From Chiloscyllium plagiosum (lineage: Eukaryota), in NCBI RefSeq assembly GCF_004010195.1, contig NC_057720.1, positions 7,863,117 through 7,925,874 of the forward strand: a DNA stretch of 62,758 nucleotides. Direction: 5' to 3'. The notes below the pieces were generated by a model. It made no database searches and was not told the DNA's origin. It was given only the letters and a program-made list of their open reading frames with translations. Below are positions 1 to 11,238 of this stretch, piece by piece (position 1 is the first letter of the stretch; each line of letters starts with the position of its first letter). Made by a program: the position numbers and the translations under genes.

Positions 1-111
1 GGATTAGCCAAGCTAAATTGCCCTATATTATCCAGAGTTGTGCAGGCTAGGTGGATTAGTCATAGGAAATGTAGGGTTATAGGAATAGGGTGCTTTTCAA
101 AAGAGTGTATC

Positions 112-421
112 ATAGATTTTCTACATTGTGAAAACTAGACCATTCAGCTCAACAACTGCACACTGACCTTCCTAAGAGTAACCTATTCAATCCAATACCC
201 CACCCTATATTTACCCCTAACTAATGCACCTAACTTACACATCCCTGACACTATGGACAATTCACTTAACCTGCACATCTTTGGATTGTGGGAGGAAACC
301 CACGCAGATACAGAGAGAATGTGCAAACCTCACACAGACAGTTGCCTGAGGCTGGAATTGAACCCGGGTCCCTGGCACACTGCAGCAGCAATGCTAGCCG
401 CTGAGCCATTGTACCACCCAT
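112..421 (-). mobile_element. HE1-type tRNA-derived V-SINE, nested in another (+) HE1 copy (1-110 and 533-580)
   Basis: Reverse strand reads TGGCTCAGCGG (A box) ... GGTTCAATTCC (B box), V-domain GTTTGCACATTCTC, and a CR1-like tail. Confidence 0.9.
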
Positions 422-454
422 AAACCCAGTGAAGTCAGCTTTCATAGAGCATCG

Positions 455-526
455 TGAGCCTAACAGGATTTGAACAAGCAACCTTCTGATCTGGAGTCAG
501 ATGTGCTATTGTTGCACCACAAGCCC
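455..526 (-). pseudogene. tRNA-Trp(CCA) pseudogene, full length (72 nt)
   Basis: Reverse strand GGGCTTGTGGTGCAACAATAGCACATCTGACTCCAGATCAGAAGGTTGCTTGTTCAAATCCTGTTAGGCTCA. Anticodon arm TCTGA-CTCCAGA-TCAGA matches vertebrate tRNA-Trp (anticodon at 492-494). D-loop GG is lost and the T-stem has 2 mismatches. Confidence 0.85.
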
Positions 527-579
527 ACCCCCTTGATGAACTGAATGACCTGTTTCCAAGTTGTTGGGATTCTTTGATA

Positions 580-990
580 AGCAGAATCATGTGAGAGGTC
601 TAGGGAGGCTGATCTCAACATCAGGGACAACTCAACACATTTTTTAACTCAGCACCAGACATCGAAATGGAATTCTCACTAGGCAACAGCAAGTTATTCC
701 TTGTTGATGACCTGATTAATTGAGGATTGCACCTGTTTAATATGCAACTTCCTATCCTCCTACTAGCCGTGAGCAAATTGGACACTGAGAATTCTCAACA
801 TGGAAACCAGTGCTGGTTACCGACAGTGCCAGCTTTCTGCTTGCTCCAGAGAATCTCCACATTGGACACTAGGCATAAAGGTCTCAGGATACTGTCCATG
901 AGCATATAACACAAGCTCATATCCCTTATTCATGGACATTGGCAACCAATATGTGCCAGCCTCTAAGAATGCTCCTGGCACATCTCTACA
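580..990. repeat. Unclassified old repeat, copy 1 (copy 2 at 7015-7531)
   Basis: Colinear blocks such as GAGGCTGATCTCAA, CCTGATTAATTGA, CTGAGAATTCTC and CCAATATGTGCCAG are shared with 7015-7531. Confidence 0.8.
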
Positions 991-1105
991 GGTTCAGGAT
1001 GGTTCTCCATTTTGCTTCCAGAGCTGCACTAGCTACCATCATCAGTAACGTGGCTGCAAGGACTCTTTGTCCTCAGGGACATGCACCCAGCTCATGGGCC
1101 ACAGT

Positions 1106-3480
1106 CTTAAACTTCGGGCATATAGTCCAGTGGCCAGAACTGCATACAACACTCTAAATGTGGCCTAACTAAAGCTTTATACAGCTGCAACATAACTTGC
1201 CAATTGTTATACCCACTGCCCGACCAGTGAAGGCAAGCATGCCATATGTCTTCTTTACCACTGTATCCACTTGTGTTGCCATTTTCAGGTAGCTATGGAC
1301 TTGCACCCATAGAACCCTCCATATATCAATGATCCTAATCGTCTTGACATTAACTGTGTACTTTCCTCTTGCATTTGCCCTCCCAACATGCATCATCTTA
1401 CACATTTTTGGTTTAAACTCCATCTGCCATTTCTCTGGCCAACTTTCCAACTGATCCATATCCTGGCGCATCCTTTGACGACCTTCTTTACTATCCACAA
1501 CTCCAACAATTTTCACGTCATCTGCAAAGTTATTAATCAGACCACTGACATTTTCATCCAAATCATTTATATAAATTACAAACAACACAAGCCTCTGTAT
1601 TGCTCCTTGTGGTACACCACTGTACACAGATCCCAATGAGAACAATACCCCTCCACAATGACCATCTGTCTGCTATGATCAAGCCAATTTTGTGTCCAAC
1701 TTACCAACTCACCCTGGATCCCATGTGACTTAATCTTCTGGACCAGCCTACCATGAGGGACCTTGTCAAATGCTTGAGTAAAATCCATATAGACAACATC
1801 CACAGCTCTACCCTCATCAACTATCTTTGTCATGTCCTCAAAAAGCTCAATCAAATTTATAAAGCCATGCTGAATATCTCTAATAAGTCAATCATTTTCC
1901 AAATGCGAATAAATCTTGACCATAAAGATTTTCTCCCAAAATTTCCCTACCACTGACATAAGGGTCACCAGCCTCTAATTTCCTGGATTATCCTTGTTGC
2001 CCTTCTTAAACAAAGGAACAACACTGATTCTTCTCTAGTCGTCTGGGACCTCACCTCTAGCTAAAGAGGGCACAAAGATCTCCGGGAAGGCGCCATCAAT
2101 CTTCTTCCTTACCAACGTCAGTACCTTGGGATAGAACCTGTCAGGCCCTGTGGACTTATCTACCTTAATATTTTCCAAGACACCCAACCCTGACTCCTTC
2201 TTGATATAGACATGCCCCAGAATATCAACATACCTCTCCCTAACCTGACCACTAAACGTGATCTTCTCCTTGGTCAATATGGTTGCACAGTATTCACTGA
2301 GTACCTCATCCACTTCCTCTGGTTCCATGCATAAATTCCCTCCTTTGTCTTTGAGTGGACCTACCCTTTCTGTAGCTCCCCTCTTACTCCTAATATACAT
2401 TTAAAATGCCTTGGGATGCTCCTTAATCCTACTTGCTAAGGACATTTCATTGCCCCTCTTAGCCCTCCTAATTCCTTGTTTAAGTTCTTCCCTGGTTCTT
2501 TTATATTCCTCAAGGACCTTCTTAGATTTCACTTACATCTTGCATATAGTCCTTTTTGCCTTTTTGACTAAACTTTTAATATCTCTTATCATCTACGGCT
2601 CCTAAATTCTGCCATCCTTACCTTTCATCCTCAGATGAATATGTTGGTCCTAAACTCTAATCAACTGGCCTTTAAAAGACTCCCATATGTCAGAAGTGGA
2701 CATATCCTCAAATGACTGCCCCCAATCCAATTTCTCCAGTTCATACTTAATTCTGTTGTAAGTAACCTTCCCCCAATGTAACACTTTCACCTAGAGACCA
2801 GTTTTTCCTTATTCCTAGAAATCTACAAATTTATGGAATTATGATCGATGTTCCCAAAATTATGATCTCTGATTCCAAAGTTCCTCGAAATCTTCAATCA
2901 CCGGTGCAAACTCATTCCCCAGTGCAGGGTCTAGTACAGCCCTTTTCCTAGTTGGACTACCAACATATTGTTTTAAAAAAAACCCTCCTGGATGCACCTA
3001 ACAAATTCTGGCCCCACCTACTTCCCTGGCATGAACAGAATCCTAGTCAATATCAGGGAAGTTAAAATTGCCCACTACAACAGCCCTGTCTGTTTTACAT
3101 CTTTGCATAATCTGCCTATATATCTGTTCCTCTATTTCCTGCAGGCTCTTGGGTGGCTGAGAGTATAGTCCCATCACTTTTTTGTTCCTTATTCTTCCCA
3201 CATGTCCTGGTTAGACAAGCCCTCCAAGATGTCCTGTATTCGTGAAGCTTTGACATTCTCTTTAATCAGTAATGCGACTCCCTTACCCCTTCTTCATCTC
3301 TCTCAATCACACCTGAAACATCTAAACCCTGAAAGATTGAGCTGCCAGTCCTGCTCTTCTCTCAACTAAATGTAATGGCCATCACAACATAGCTCCATGC
3401 ACTAATCCAGGCTCGAAGCTCATCTGCCTTGCATTGAAATAAATACACTGCCAGTCCTGCAATGCTCATTACCCTGTCAA
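1106..3480 (-). mobile_element. CR1 (HER1-like) LINE, most of ORF2 (APE through RT), degenerate
   Basis: Fragments YMDFTQAFDKVPHGRL, SGVPQG, NFADD and KSTGPDRFYPKVL; APE-like sequence at about 2950-3450; stops and frameshifts. Confidence 0.92.
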
Positions 3481-4626
3481 TCTCTTTCATATTTTATAGA
3501 TTTCATTGAAATCACCTCTCATCCTTTAAAACTCTGGAGATTCAGGAAGGTGTTTGATATAGTCCCTTCAGTTTAAGGGATCAAAGGGTACCGGGAGAAA
3601 GTGGGAACAGGATACTGAGTTGGATGATCAACCATGATGATATTGAAGGGCCAAATGGCCTACTTCTACTCCTATTCTAGATGTTTCCATGATTTTGTTG
3701 AATGATGGAAGAGCCAAATAGCAAACTCTTGTTCCCATTTCACATGTTCTAAACAATAATTGGATTCAGTGTGATTGGGCTAGTTTCAGGGCTAGTGCCC
3801 ATTAGAAATTACCATAGCCCTTCATTTTTCAGTTTAATTGGTTTCAGAGGTTGGATAGGGTTGGGTGCTGGGTTGCAGAATGAGATAATGATATACACAG
3901 GTGCGTGAAAAGACATTGGAGGTTCTGGAGTGGATGAGTGGTGTCAGTAATGGTAGCCTGCTACACCTTACCTAGGATTAGTCTTTATGGCCTTTCTGGA
4001 TATAATTAAGACCATTATGTGAATGGTTTCAGAGTCAGGTTTGTACACATGCTTGGTATTTTGACATTTTTCACCAATTAGACTGAATTGCATATAAACT
4101 CAGCTCGTAAGCCAGGGGTGCAAGCTACAATGCACATTACAGCTGTGTAGAAATACAGCCTGGGGAACGAACACACCAACACAAGATGTTCTTTTTTTTC
4201 ATTTGGTAACCACTTTTTATTCATTTGGTAACCACTTCCTAATTTCTAAATCAAAAACTCCTGCGGAGAAAATATAATGAAGCCAAGCATCACATTTCAG
4301 ATTTGCATTTCCTCTTTCTTTCATGATTTCACACATGGAATTTGAAGTCTCAATGGAATGCAATTAATAATACAGCTCACTTTTCCCTCCACTCAAACCT
4401 CCCTGCTCCTTATATTCAGGCTTAGCATGCCTCCTAAATAGTTAATTTGTTTATTGTAAAACCATAGGTGAATATTCAGTTTGTTGTTTCTCTACTAGCC
4501 CTTTGGAAGAGCTATCAAATTAGGCTTGTTCTCTTCCCCTTTCCCATTTTTCTACAAATTTCTTCCAGCTTAATAATTCATAATGTGTCCTTTTGAAAGT
4601 TATTATTGAATGCCTTTCAGGCAATG

Positions 4627-4720
4627 CATTCCTGAAGAAGGGCCTGTGCCCGAAACGTCGAATCTCCTGTTCCCTGGATGCTGCCTGACCTGCTGTGCTG
4701 TTCCAGCAATAAAGTTTCAA
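4627..4720 (+). mobile_element. Penelope-like terminal fragment (family A) with hammerhead motif
   Basis: Same sequence as the terminus of the RT-bearing element at 9903-11238; TSD CATTCCTGA at 4627-4635 and 4721-4729. Confidence 0.85.
4628..4663 (+). ncRNA. Minimal type-I hammerhead ribozyme motif (best family-A example)
   Basis: ATTC-CTGAAGA-A-GGGC-CTGT-GCCC-GAAA-CG-TC-GAAT: stem I ATTC/GAAT, core CUGANGA/GAAA, stem II GGGC/GCCC, palindromic ACGT stem III, UC cleavage site. Confidence 0.75.
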
Positions 4721-4989
4721 CATTCCTGATTGTAACAACATATGTTGGAAAATCATTACTTCTTCTTTACATCTTAAATTTGCATCCTTTGGCTACTGTC
4801 TCTACCACCAGTGGATACAGTTTTTGCTCATTTATGTTTAAACATCTCTAGTAAATCTCCTTTCCTTACAACCTCATTACTTCTAAGGTTATGGAGAAAA
4901 GGCAGGAAAGTCAAGCTGAGGTCAGAAATGGAGAGAAAGCGGGAATGAGATACTGAAACAGCATGATCAGACATGAGGGGCTGAATTAT

Positions 4990-5570
4990 TTGACAAGTCT
5001 CTATGAGGTCACCTCCAAACCTCCCATTTTAAAGTCTAATGGCTATAGGCCTAACCTTCACCTTTCCTCTTAGGACAGTCCCTCCACACATGGTTTCAGA
5101 CAAGTGAATCTCATCTGGATTGCCTCCAATGCCAGTCTATCTTTCCTTAGATAAGGGGCTGAGAGCCATGAGCAAAACCTCCCGAAATCGAAACTACAAT
5201 TCCTTTGAAATGAAGGCCAATGTTCCATTTACCTTCCCTATTACCCGCTGAACCTGAATGCTTGCTTTTTGTGATTCATGGATGAAGGTTGTCAAATCCC
5301 TCTGTGCTGTAGATTTCTACAGTCTTTCTCCATTTAAGTAGTATGCAGTGTTTCTATTCTTTCTGGTAAAATGCACAACCTCCTACTGATGTTTATTGTT
5401 GGATTGCTTACCCTTCTACATCCTTCTGCAAACTCTTTGAGTCATCCTCCAACAGTTGCCTTCCCACTATATTTGTGTCACGTGCAAAGTTGATGATAAT
5501 ATTTTCACTTTCCTCATCCAAATCATTAATATAGATTGTAAATAATTGTGGCCCCAGCACTAATCCCTAT
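4990..5570 (-). mobile_element. CR1 RT-region fragment, degenerate
   Basis: Similar to the RT C-terminal region of the CR1 at 33015-34555 (e.g. TCATCCAAATCATTAATATAGATTGTAAATAATTGTGGCCCCAGCAC). Confidence 0.75.
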
Positions 5571-5874
5571 CAATTCTCCTTTTGAAAGTTATTACTGAAT
5601 GCCTTTCAGGCAGTGCATTACAGATCATGACAATGTACTGTGGAAAATAATTACTTTCAATCTGGCCTCCAGCCCTCTTTCCTATCGTCTTAAATTTGAA
5701 TTTGGGCTTGGGACCCTCTGCTGCCAGTGGAAACAATTTTTACTCGTTAACAGAATGAAAATCCTCTGTGCGTCCGAACATCACTGGCAAATCTCTCTTC
5801 CTTATAAACCTGTTATTTGTCCAACTTTCTGATGAAGAAAGATATAGATGAATCCTAGGGCATTGACAAGGTAG

Positions 5875-6230
5875 TCAAAAAGTGTGGTGCTGGAAAAGCA
5901 CAGCAGGTCAGGCAGCATACGAGGAGCAGGAGAGTTGACGTTTCAGGCATAAGCCCTTCATCAAGAATGAACTGAATTGAATTGAATTTATTGTCACGTG
6001 TACTGAGGCACAGTGAAAAGATTTGTCTTGTGAGCAATACAGGCAGATTAAGTAGCATAGATAGTAAATAACAGGTAAACAGCAAAACGTGGGGGAAGGG
6101 GAAAGGGTGGGCACTGAGAGATAAATAGGAGGGTGCGGTGGGTGTGGTGGGAAGGTCACTGGGAAGGCGATAGGCAGATGCAGGTGTGGTGGGGTGATGA
6201 CAGGAATCAATGTTTCCCATTGATAGGTGG
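5875..6230 (-). mobile_element. PLE family A 3' fragment interrupted by a Rex1 3' tail (about 5970-6088)
   Basis: PLE terminus 5875-5965; then (GAATT)n plus TTATTGTCACGTGTACTGAGGCACAGTGAAAAG, nearly identical to the tail at 18850-18990; then PLE purine-rich sequence resumes. Confidence 0.8.
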
Positions 6231-6619
6231 ACCGACGACCAGGGGACATAGGTTGATGACGAGGGGCAGGTGGTTTAGAGGATAGTTCAAGAGAGAAAAT
6301 TTACCCAGATAATGGTGGCAATCTAGAACTCACTGCCTATAAGGGTGGTAGAGGCAACAACACTTCTAATATTTCAGAAGTATTTAGATGTTCACATACA
6401 AGGCCATGAACCAAGTGCTGGAGAGTGACATTAGAATAGTAAGGTGCTTACTTTTGACAGGTGCAGATTTGATAGGTCAAAGGTCATATTTTCTGTGCTG
6501 GAGTTCACTATGACTATGACCTAATGCTTCATATATACAAAGTTTGGGCTATGGGCTGGAAAATTGAACTTAGTTAAATAGGTGCTTGATGACGAGTGTA
6601 GACAAGATGTAGACAAGCA

Positions 6620-6938
6620 CGGGTTAAGCACTGCTGCCTCATAGCACCAGGGACCTGGATTTGATTTCAGCCTTGGGTGACTGTGCAGACTTTGTGTGTT
6701 CTCCCTGTGATTTCGTGGGTTTCTGCTGAGTACTCCCATTTCCTCTCAAGGACCAAAGATGTGCAGATTAGGTGGATTGGCCAAGCTAATAATTGCCCTT
6801 TAGTGTCCAAGGACGTGGGTTAGCCATGGTAAAAACCTTATGTGGGGTTAGGATTTGGGATGGGGGGAAAACTCTTAGGAGGGTTGGTGCAGACCCAATG
6901 GGCCCAATGGTCTCTTTCTGCACCATAGAGATTCTATG
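6620..6938 (+). mobile_element. HE1-type SINE
   Basis: GCACTGCTGCCTCATAGCACCAGGGACC head, V-domain, ATTCTATG tail. Confidence 0.85.
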
Positions 6939-7014
6939 CTAAATATTGGTGAAGGAAGAAGTGAGAGGTAGAATACTGTAAGGACTGTACAATGTGGCCA
7001 ATGGCAAGACATGA

Positions 7015-7531
7015 GCAGATTCATGAAAGAGGCTAATCTAAAGAGGCTGATCTCAATATCAGGAGCAACTCAACACATCCTTTAACTCAGTGCTAGTTAG
7101 CAAAGTGAGATTCTCACTAGGTAGTGATGAGTTGCTGAATTATTCCTTGTTAATAACCTGATTAATTGAAGATCTCACCTCATTAACATACAGCTTCCTA
7201 TCCTCCAACCAACCATGAGCAAATTGGATGCTGAGAATTCTCCACCTGGAAACCAGAGCTGGTTACTGACCACTTCCTGCCTGCTCCAGTGGAACTGATG
7301 AAAGGCTTATGCCTGAAAAGTCGATTCTCCCACTTTGGATGCTGCCTGACCTGCTGTGCTTTTCCAGCACCACATTCCCAACTCTGATTTCCAGCATCTG
7401 CTGTCCTCACTTTCTATTAAGAATAAAGGTCTCAGAACACTGTCCATGAGGTTATGCCACATACACATCCCTATAGCCATTGGCATCCAATATGTGCCAG
7501 TCTCTAAGAATACTCATGGCACATCTCCACA
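7015..7531. repeat. Unclassified old repeat, copy 2, interrupted by a PLE-A terminus (7295-7414)
   Basis: Colinear with 580-990 on both sides of the PLE insert. Confidence 0.8.
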
Positions 7532-7860
7532 TGTCTTGATGCGGTTAGATGGATTAGCCCTGGCAAATGCGGGATGGGACGAGAGGGTCAGGTCTGGGTG
7601 GTAAGCTCTTTGGAGGGTTGATGCAGACATGATGGGCTGAACGGCCTCTACTGTACCATAGGAATTCTAGTATTCTAACATGAACTACAGCTCCTCATTC
7701 CACACAGTGCAGCTCTTTTTCTCTATGACTCAAGGTCATTGACTTGAAAATATTGAACAGGACCTTGTAGATGATGGACACGGCAGTCGTGAGGGAGGAT
7801 GAATGTGGGGTGGGAGGGTGTATCGATACAGCAGAACATAGGACTGTACAGTTGACCTCC

Positions 7861-7932
7861 CCTGTCATATTGACAGGCGGAAGCAAAGCAGGGGAGCAGC
7901 CAATGAGGAAAGGCGAGTGGTTTGCACTGACA
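7861..7932. promoter_or_regulatory. Candidate cis-regulatory motif cluster
   Basis: Palindrome CCTGTCA-TAT-TGACAGG (7861-7877), ETS-like GGCGGAAG (7876-7883), AGCCAATGA CCAAT box (7898-7906), TGACA (7928-7932), all in non-repetitive sequence. Confidence 0.3.
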
Positions 7933-8059
7933 ACCAAACAGAGAACAAGCAGCTCTGTCACTAGGATGATCATGGAGAAAGAGCACCTCCTGTTGAGGTG
8001 ACCTTGCAGGGGAAAAACAGGCAGGATCTGACATTTCTAAGTGAAAATTGCTCAAGCCA

Positions 8060-8222
8060 CAATCTTGGGGTGACCCCTGCGTCAGGTTAACTTGAGGATC
8101 ATCATATGTCAGGTGAGGGGAGAGGTTGGGAAGGAAAGTCCTTTGCAGTAACATCAAGGAGCTGAACCCACACTGCTGGCATCACATTGCATGTCAAACG
8201 AGCTGTCCAGCCAATTGAGCTA
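8060..8222 (-). mobile_element. tRNA-derived SINE (third family); another copy at 18775-18850 plus 20420-20540
   Basis: Reverse strand TAGCTCAATTGGCTGGACAGC...GCCAGCAGTGTGGGTTCA head; body shared with the copy split by Rex1. Confidence 0.65.
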
Positions 8223-8231
8223 TCTGTCACA

Positions 8232-8602
8232 TGATCTGTGATGTTGTGTATCTGTATTTATGTTTGTGTTGGTGAGCGAATGTGTGTGTGCATGTCTGAG
8301 TTGGTGAGTGTGTGTGAGTGTTGGTGACATAGTGTGTGTGTTGATGAGTGAGTGTGTGTGCGTGCATGCTGGTGAGTGAGTGTGTGTGTGTTGGTGACTG
8401 AGTATGTGTGCGCATGTGTGTGTTGGTGAATGAGTGTTTGTGTATGTGTGTGTGTGTTGGTGAGTGAGTTTGTGTGTGTTGGTAAGTGAGTGTGTACATG
8501 TGCATGTGTGTTGGTAAGTGAGTGTGTGCGCGCGTGTGTGTTGGTAAGTGAGTCTGTGTGTGTATGCATGTGTGTTGGTGAGTGTGCGTGTGTTGGTGAG
8601 TG
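8232..8602. repeat. Compound TG-rich micro/minisatellite (approx. GTTGGTGAGTGAGTGTGTGT units) abutting a PLE family B tail (8603-8661)
   Basis: Directly visible; explains the His/Thr-rich ORFs 8227-8505 and 8258-8791. Confidence 0.9.
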
Positions 8603-8661
8603 ATAACCTGTGTGATTTTTAATTTTGTACACCCCAGTCCAACACCGGTGTCTCCAAATCA

Positions 8662-8887
8662 TTCTCCCCGTGTCTGCATGGGTTTCCTCTGGGTGCTCCA
8701 GTTTCCTCCCACAGTTCAAAGATGTGCAGATTAGGTGGATTGGCCATGGGAAATTATCCAGAGTGCCCAGGGATGTGTAAGTTAGCTGCATTAGCTATGG
8801 GAAAGATAGGGTGGGTGGGATGGTCTTTGGAGAGTCAGTGTGGATTTGTTGGGCTGAAAGGCCTGTTTCCACACTGTGGGGATTCTA
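8662..8887 (+). mobile_element. HE1-type SINE, 5' truncated
   Basis: TCTCCCCGTGTCTGCATGGGTTTCC ... GGCCTGTTTCCACACTGTGGGGATTCTA. Confidence 0.85.
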
Positions 8888-9902
8888 GGCAATCAGTTCC
8901 TTCAGCCTGCTCCACCATTCAATAACAATGTGGTCTCAACTCTGTTTTCCTAATCCCGATTCCTTTGGCTTCCTTGCTAACCAGGAATCTATCTACCTCT
9001 GTCTTAAGAACATACAATGGTGGCCCCTCCACCAGTCTCTGAGGAAGCCAATTCCAGTCTCATCACGGTCTGAGAGAAACAGATTCTCCTCGTCTCCATC
9101 TTCAGTGGGAGAGCCCTTATTTTTAACCGGTGTCCCCCAGCTTGAGTCACTCCCCCAAGAAGAAATGTCTTTTCAGCATGCCACCTGTCAAGCCCCCTCA
9201 AGATCTCATCAGTTTCAATAACATTATTTAAATTTGGTTATCAACTAACCCCAAATAATCTCACAATGCAATGCACAGGGAAGCCAGGGCCCTTATGGCA
9301 CAGTGGTAACATCCTGACCTCTGAGTCAGGAGGTCTGGATCAAATACAATCTGTTCCAGAGATGTATAATACCTCTGAATAGGGTGACTAGAAAACATCT
9401 AGATAGGGAAGTTATGCTTTGTGAACTACAGTGGTTCAGAATGGCAACATGGTCAGCACATATATGATGTGTTGAAGGACGTTGGAGTGTTTCATGCTTT
9501 TGGTCCCTCTGTGGGTTAACTTCCACATCGTAGAATAATAGAGTGCAAAGGAAAGAAATTAATTCTCACTCCCTGAAATCGAGAAACAAAACATTTTGGG
9601 ACATAGATTAGTTGACCCATTATGCCTTTCTTCTTATGCTTTCCTGGAATATGAGAACCATTGGCTGGACGAGCATGTGTTGCCCAGCTCTAGCTGCCCT
9701 TGAGAAGATGATAGTGAATACCTTTTTGAACTGTTGCAGTCCATGGGACGTAAGGTTACCCACAATGCTGTTCAGGAGAAAGCTCCAGGAATTGGACTAA
9801 GCAGCAGTGGAAGGATGTATTTCCAAGTCAGGATAGTGAGTCGCTTGGAAAGGAACCTGGTGGTGGATTTCCCATGCAACTGTTGACATTTCCCTTAATA
9901 GA

Positions 9903-11238
9903 GGAGAAAGTGAGGACTGCAGAGGGTGGAGATCAGAGCTGAAAAATGTGTTGCTGGAAAAGTGCAGCAGGTCAGGCAGTATCCAAGGAGCAGGAGAATC
10001 GACGTTTCGGGCATAAGCCCTTCTTCAGGAATGAGGCTGATGTGCCAAGTGGGCTGAGATAAAAGGTGGAGGGGGGGATTTGTGGGAGGGGCACTGGAAA
10101 TACGATAGGTGGAAGGAGGTGAGGTTGAGGGTGATAGCCTGGAGAGGGGATGGGAGCGGAGAGGTCGGGAAGAAGATTGCAGGTCAAGAGGGCGGTGCTG
10201 AATCCAGGGATTGGGACTGAGATAAGGTGGGGGGAGGGGAAATGAGGAAGCTGGAGAAATCTACATTCATCCCTTGTGGTTGGAGGGTTCCTAGGCGGAA
10301 GATGAGGCGCTCTTCCTCCAGGTGTCGTGTGGCCAGNNNNNNNNNNNNNNNNNNNNNNNNNNNNNNNNNNNNNNNNNNNNNNNNNNNNNNNNNNNNNNNN
10401 NNNNNNNNNNNNNNNNNNNNNNNNNNNNNNNNNNNNNNNNNNNNNNNNNNNNNNNNNNNNNNNNNNNNNNNNNNNNNNNNNNNNNNNNNNNNNNNNNNNN
10501 NNNNNNNNNNNNNNNNNNNNNNNNNNNNNNNNNNNNNNNNNNNNNNNNNNNNNNNNNNNNNNNNNNNNNNNNNNNNNNNNNNNNNNNNNNNNNNNNNNNN
10601 NNNNNNNNNNNNNNNNNNNNNNNNNNNNNNNNNNNNNNNNNNNNNNNGCGATTGGAGGGGCGGGGTTCAAGGGCAGAGGAGCGGGAAGTGGAGGAGATGC
10701 GGTAGAGAGCATTGTCAACATGTCTGAGGGGAAATTGCGGTCTTTGAAGAAGGAGGCCATCTGGGTTGTTCGGTCCTCCTGGGAGCAGATGCGGCAGAGG
10801 CGAAGAAATTGGGAATATGGGATGGCGTTTTTACAGGGGGCAGGGTGGGAGGTGGTGTAGTCTAGGTGGCTGTGGGAGTCGGTCAGTTTATAGTAAATGT
10901 CCGTGTTGAGTCGGTCGCCCAAGATAGAACTGGAGAGGTCTAGGAAGGGGAGGGAGGTGTCTGAGATGGTCCAGGTAAATTTGAGATCGGGGTGGAAGGT
11001 GTTAGTAAAGTGGATGAACTGCTCAACCTCCTTAAGGGAGTGCAAGGTAGCGCCGATACAGTCATTGATGTAGTGGAGGAAAAGGTGGGGGGTGGTGCCA
11101 GTGTAGCTGCGGAAGATGGACTGTTCCACATATCCAACGGCGAGGCAGCATAGCTGGGGCCGATGCGGGTGCCCATGGCTACTCCTTTGGTTTGGAGGAA
11201 GTGGGAGGATTGGAAAGAGAAGTTGTTCAGAGTGAGGA
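9903..11238 (-). mobile_element. Penelope-like retroelement (family A), 5'-truncated: RT, end of GIY-YIG, hammerhead-bearing terminus
   Basis: FLQTKGVAMGTRIGPSYA, FLHYIND (YIDD motif), FTNTFHPDLKFT, LPFLDL, YLDY-like SHLDYTTSHP and IPYSQFLRL are typical of PLE RT; TSD CCTTAATAGAGG at 9893-9904 and 11239-11250. Confidence 0.92.
10337..10647. other. Assembly gap (311 N) inside the PLE
   Basis: Run of N. Confidence 1.

Noticed and set aside
7695..7973. 92-aa ORF with a hydrophobic, signal-peptide-like N-terminus
   Set aside because: No known family and an overlapping frame is equally open; cannot be supported as coding
8227..8791. His/Thr-rich ORFs
   Set aside because: Translation of the TG/CA satellite plus SINE sequence
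10227..10860. Long ORFs spanning 10.2-10.9 kb
   Set aside because: Length comes from the N gap; the (+) frames are antisense to the PLE
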